Source: Paraphysomonas bandaiensis (taxonomy: Eukaryota > Protista > Chrysophyceae). Taken from it: a stretch of DNA of 64,000 nucleotides. The DNA lies in the NCBI GenBank assembly GCA_965644295.1, contig CBFFRP010000234.1:186001-250000 (forward strand), given 5' to 3'. The position numbers were made by a program, and so were the translations under genes. A model generated the notes under the pieces. That model saw only the letters and a program-made list of their open reading frames with translations. It was not told the origin of the DNA and did no database searches. Numbering within the stretch: the first letter of the stretch is position 1; every line of letters begins with the position of its first letter. Positions 61,616 through 64,000 of the stretch are shown one piece after another.

Positions 61616-64000
61616 TCATATACTAAGTGCACGATTGCAAAAGTTAAAGCGCAGACCGTTTTGACTATCACAAATAAAGCCGCCTTCATTGAGGTCTTGC
61701 GATCCCATACCCTTCTCACCAGAACCAGATGTAGAAAATCCAGAACTGTCTTCCGTATACTCATTATTCGATATACATGAACATGACATACATCGCATCA
61801 GTTCGTAAAGAAGAAGAGCCCCTCCCCTTTTGTTGAAATTGCCGTTATATGCTCCACATCTGCGATACAATAAGAACCGAAATCTCCATTGACTGACTCA
61901 CCTGTGGCTATATATACAAGAGGGACAACCATTCTCGCACTTACACGAGGAGATGATGTCAACTGCCCGCGATAGTAATGACGACCTTATCACACACCAC
62001 ATTTTCATCTAAGAATGAATATGTTCGAAATAATTCAAAAATACCTATCTCGATGAATGTTCGAATATAATATTTCACAAGCGCCGACACCCCCGGGTTT
62101 GCGATCGTAAAGTAAAATTCTATGGGAAAACACTCAACAATCCGAAGTCTTGCGAACCACACATACCTAGTAACTCTACCACCCTCTTCACCTTCATCAA
62201 AGTGTTCAGTATCGAGGTCTGAACCGTCACACTCCACAAATATAGAGGCCGCTGCAAGAAGTGCATGATTCGCTGCATGTATACAGCCCACCATACTCGC
62301 AACCCCATTAGAATACAGATATTTCTACAGAAAGGCGATAAGAAGACTGCTAACAAGATTTCGCATTAAAGTATACCTGTAAAACCGCCGGTATGTTTAT
62401 GTACACACCGCATGTGTCATACTCCATTTCTGGAAGAGTACAGTTTCCCCCCCATTCTGAGTACCCATTTTTCAACCATACCTTGACAAGGATGAAGTCT
62501 TAGCTATATAAACACAATTGCATCTTTATTTTGAAAATTCATACCTTTCTATACCCCCACACAGTATTTCGTACACTCATTGAGCCAAATCCAACCAAGA
62601 TATTGCCTTGCAATTGTCGAGTGGTCTCGATAGAAGTGCGGTTGCTGGCATCGGTGAAGTAACCTACTCTTACTTGCTTGCAGAAAGCACAGAGAGATTT
62701 TATGTTTAATTCAATTACCAGAAACTGCCTTCCTTGGTGCATATATATGGCCCCCTCAAATAGCTCATAAAATGCTCTCGAGTATTCCACTATACCAAGA
62801 ATAACTGGTTCAGAACCAGTCTTATCAATAACCTAGTCACAAATTTACGAAGGGATGACCCAATTATAGACTACAACATAGAATATAGCAAATACCTGGA
62901 AGGATGTCGGATCAATCATACGGAGATTTACTCGCTTGATTAATTCTGAAGCGCAAGATGAGTGAACATGAAACTCGTCACTTTTTTGAACAAGCCGTTT
63001 GTCTTTCAAGAGCCGATCGACTGTATCAACATACCCGGAACCCCATACGCTTTCTTCATTTAGTACGTTGTTCTCACTGATTTTGCCACATGCACCTAAG
63101 GGTACCTCTTTGGATGCACACAATATATGACTGTGCAGTACGTAACGATTGTTCGGATCAAGAGCCAAGCGCTCCGTGCTGCGTGAAAACAAAGCCTCTG
63201 GGTGGCGGGTATAGTACTGGTCAACCGGGCTGTCGAAGCATACAAGTATAGACGTCGCCACCTGAGAAGAAAATGTCTTTGACCGCCCACACCTCCCAGC
63301 TTGCTGCATCATCGCATTGTGCGTATCAGGCACTCCTAAATGAAGAGTTACATCCAGGTTTCCAATATCTATTCCTAGTTCCAGCGCACATGTAGTTGTG
63401 ATACCTAACATGTTGCCATTGAAAAGAGCTCTTTCTATCAAATTTCGTTCCTCCTTTGTGTATCCTCCACGATAGGCCGCTATGCGCCCCCTCAATTCTG
63501 GCGCAGTTTGGTTAATTTCCTCCATGCTATATCTTAGGATTATCTCCACTAACTTCCTGGATTTGCAGAAAGCAAGTGTACGATGACTACGCTTTACCAT
63601 GGTTGTAAACAGACGAGACATTTCAATTAAACTGCTCGCTCTCTTTGGAGATAAATTTCTTTCGGTGTGCTTCACATTTTCATCTGTATTTGCCCGGTCG
63701 TAATCAGCAAGGACCGAACTATTACCAGTACAGCTTTCATTACACACATTGTAAGCACACCTTCAAACCATATGAGACACAAAACTTCAACATAATGTGA
63801 CCAAATACCTCCATTTCTGGGGCTGGTGTTTCCTTTCGGTTCTAGAATGCCTACCACCGATAGTGGCCGTCTTGTCTTCACAGCTCTGTAAAAACTTGCT
63901 GACAGGTGTAAGTGGGACGGCGGTATTCGTGGGTTCCTTCGTTGGACTACTAGGAGAGGCAGATCGCAAATTGCTGTCCTCACTTGCACCACTGGACCTC
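61616..64000 (-). CDS. HRQ1: HRQ1/MrfA-like SF2 DNA helicase with DUF1998 zinc-binding domain; 5'-partial
   Basis: RTLAFCKSRKLVE, AYRGGY, TTCALELGIDIG, QQAGRCGR, FEGAIYMHQG, GCIHAANHAL, YDRKPGGVG, CKCENGCPSCI..C..YN. Confidence 0.92.

Noticed and set aside
1-64000. Alternative genetic code or stop-codon readthrough as the cause of fragmented ORFs
   Set aside because: Fragmentation is explained by short introns or TE decay; TAA, TAG and TGA each end conserved genes at the expected positions.

Overview
Eukaryotic nuclear DNA with compact genes and short (~40-60 nt) GT-AG introns, standard genetic code, from a flagellated protist. A stramenopile/ochrophyte origin is my inference and is not proven. 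In order, the window holds: the 3' part of an outer-arm axonemal dynein heavy chain; a ~7.8 kb graveyard of decayed LTR retrotransposons; a Gly/Pro-rich C2 + 6 EF-hand protein; RPL22; a SWEET transporter; a myristoylated GIDE-like protein; a MAPEG; a 2538-bp tandem duplication of a pseudokinase-like gene; a sulfotransferase; a Mei2-like RRM protein; tRNA-Ser(GCT); an alpha/beta hydrolase; PP5; a PX-tailed myosin; a GT61; an ABC-F protein; a 1.1 kb (TATG)n array; a FEX fluoride channel with a long Cys-rich tail; a secreted Pro/Thr-rich protein; and the 3' part of an HRQ1 helicase. The best candidates for undescribed biology are (1) a fully structured RPL22 intron with two near-identical hairpins matching the L22-binding motif, a putative splicing autoregulation element, (2) the FEX channel fused to three Cys-rich repeats, with its frame broken at a (CT)6 microsatellite, and (3) a five-copy structured repeat family linked to a retroelement with copia-type gag and gypsy-type RT/RNase H. 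All calls come from reading the sequence by eye; no searches or folding programs were run.
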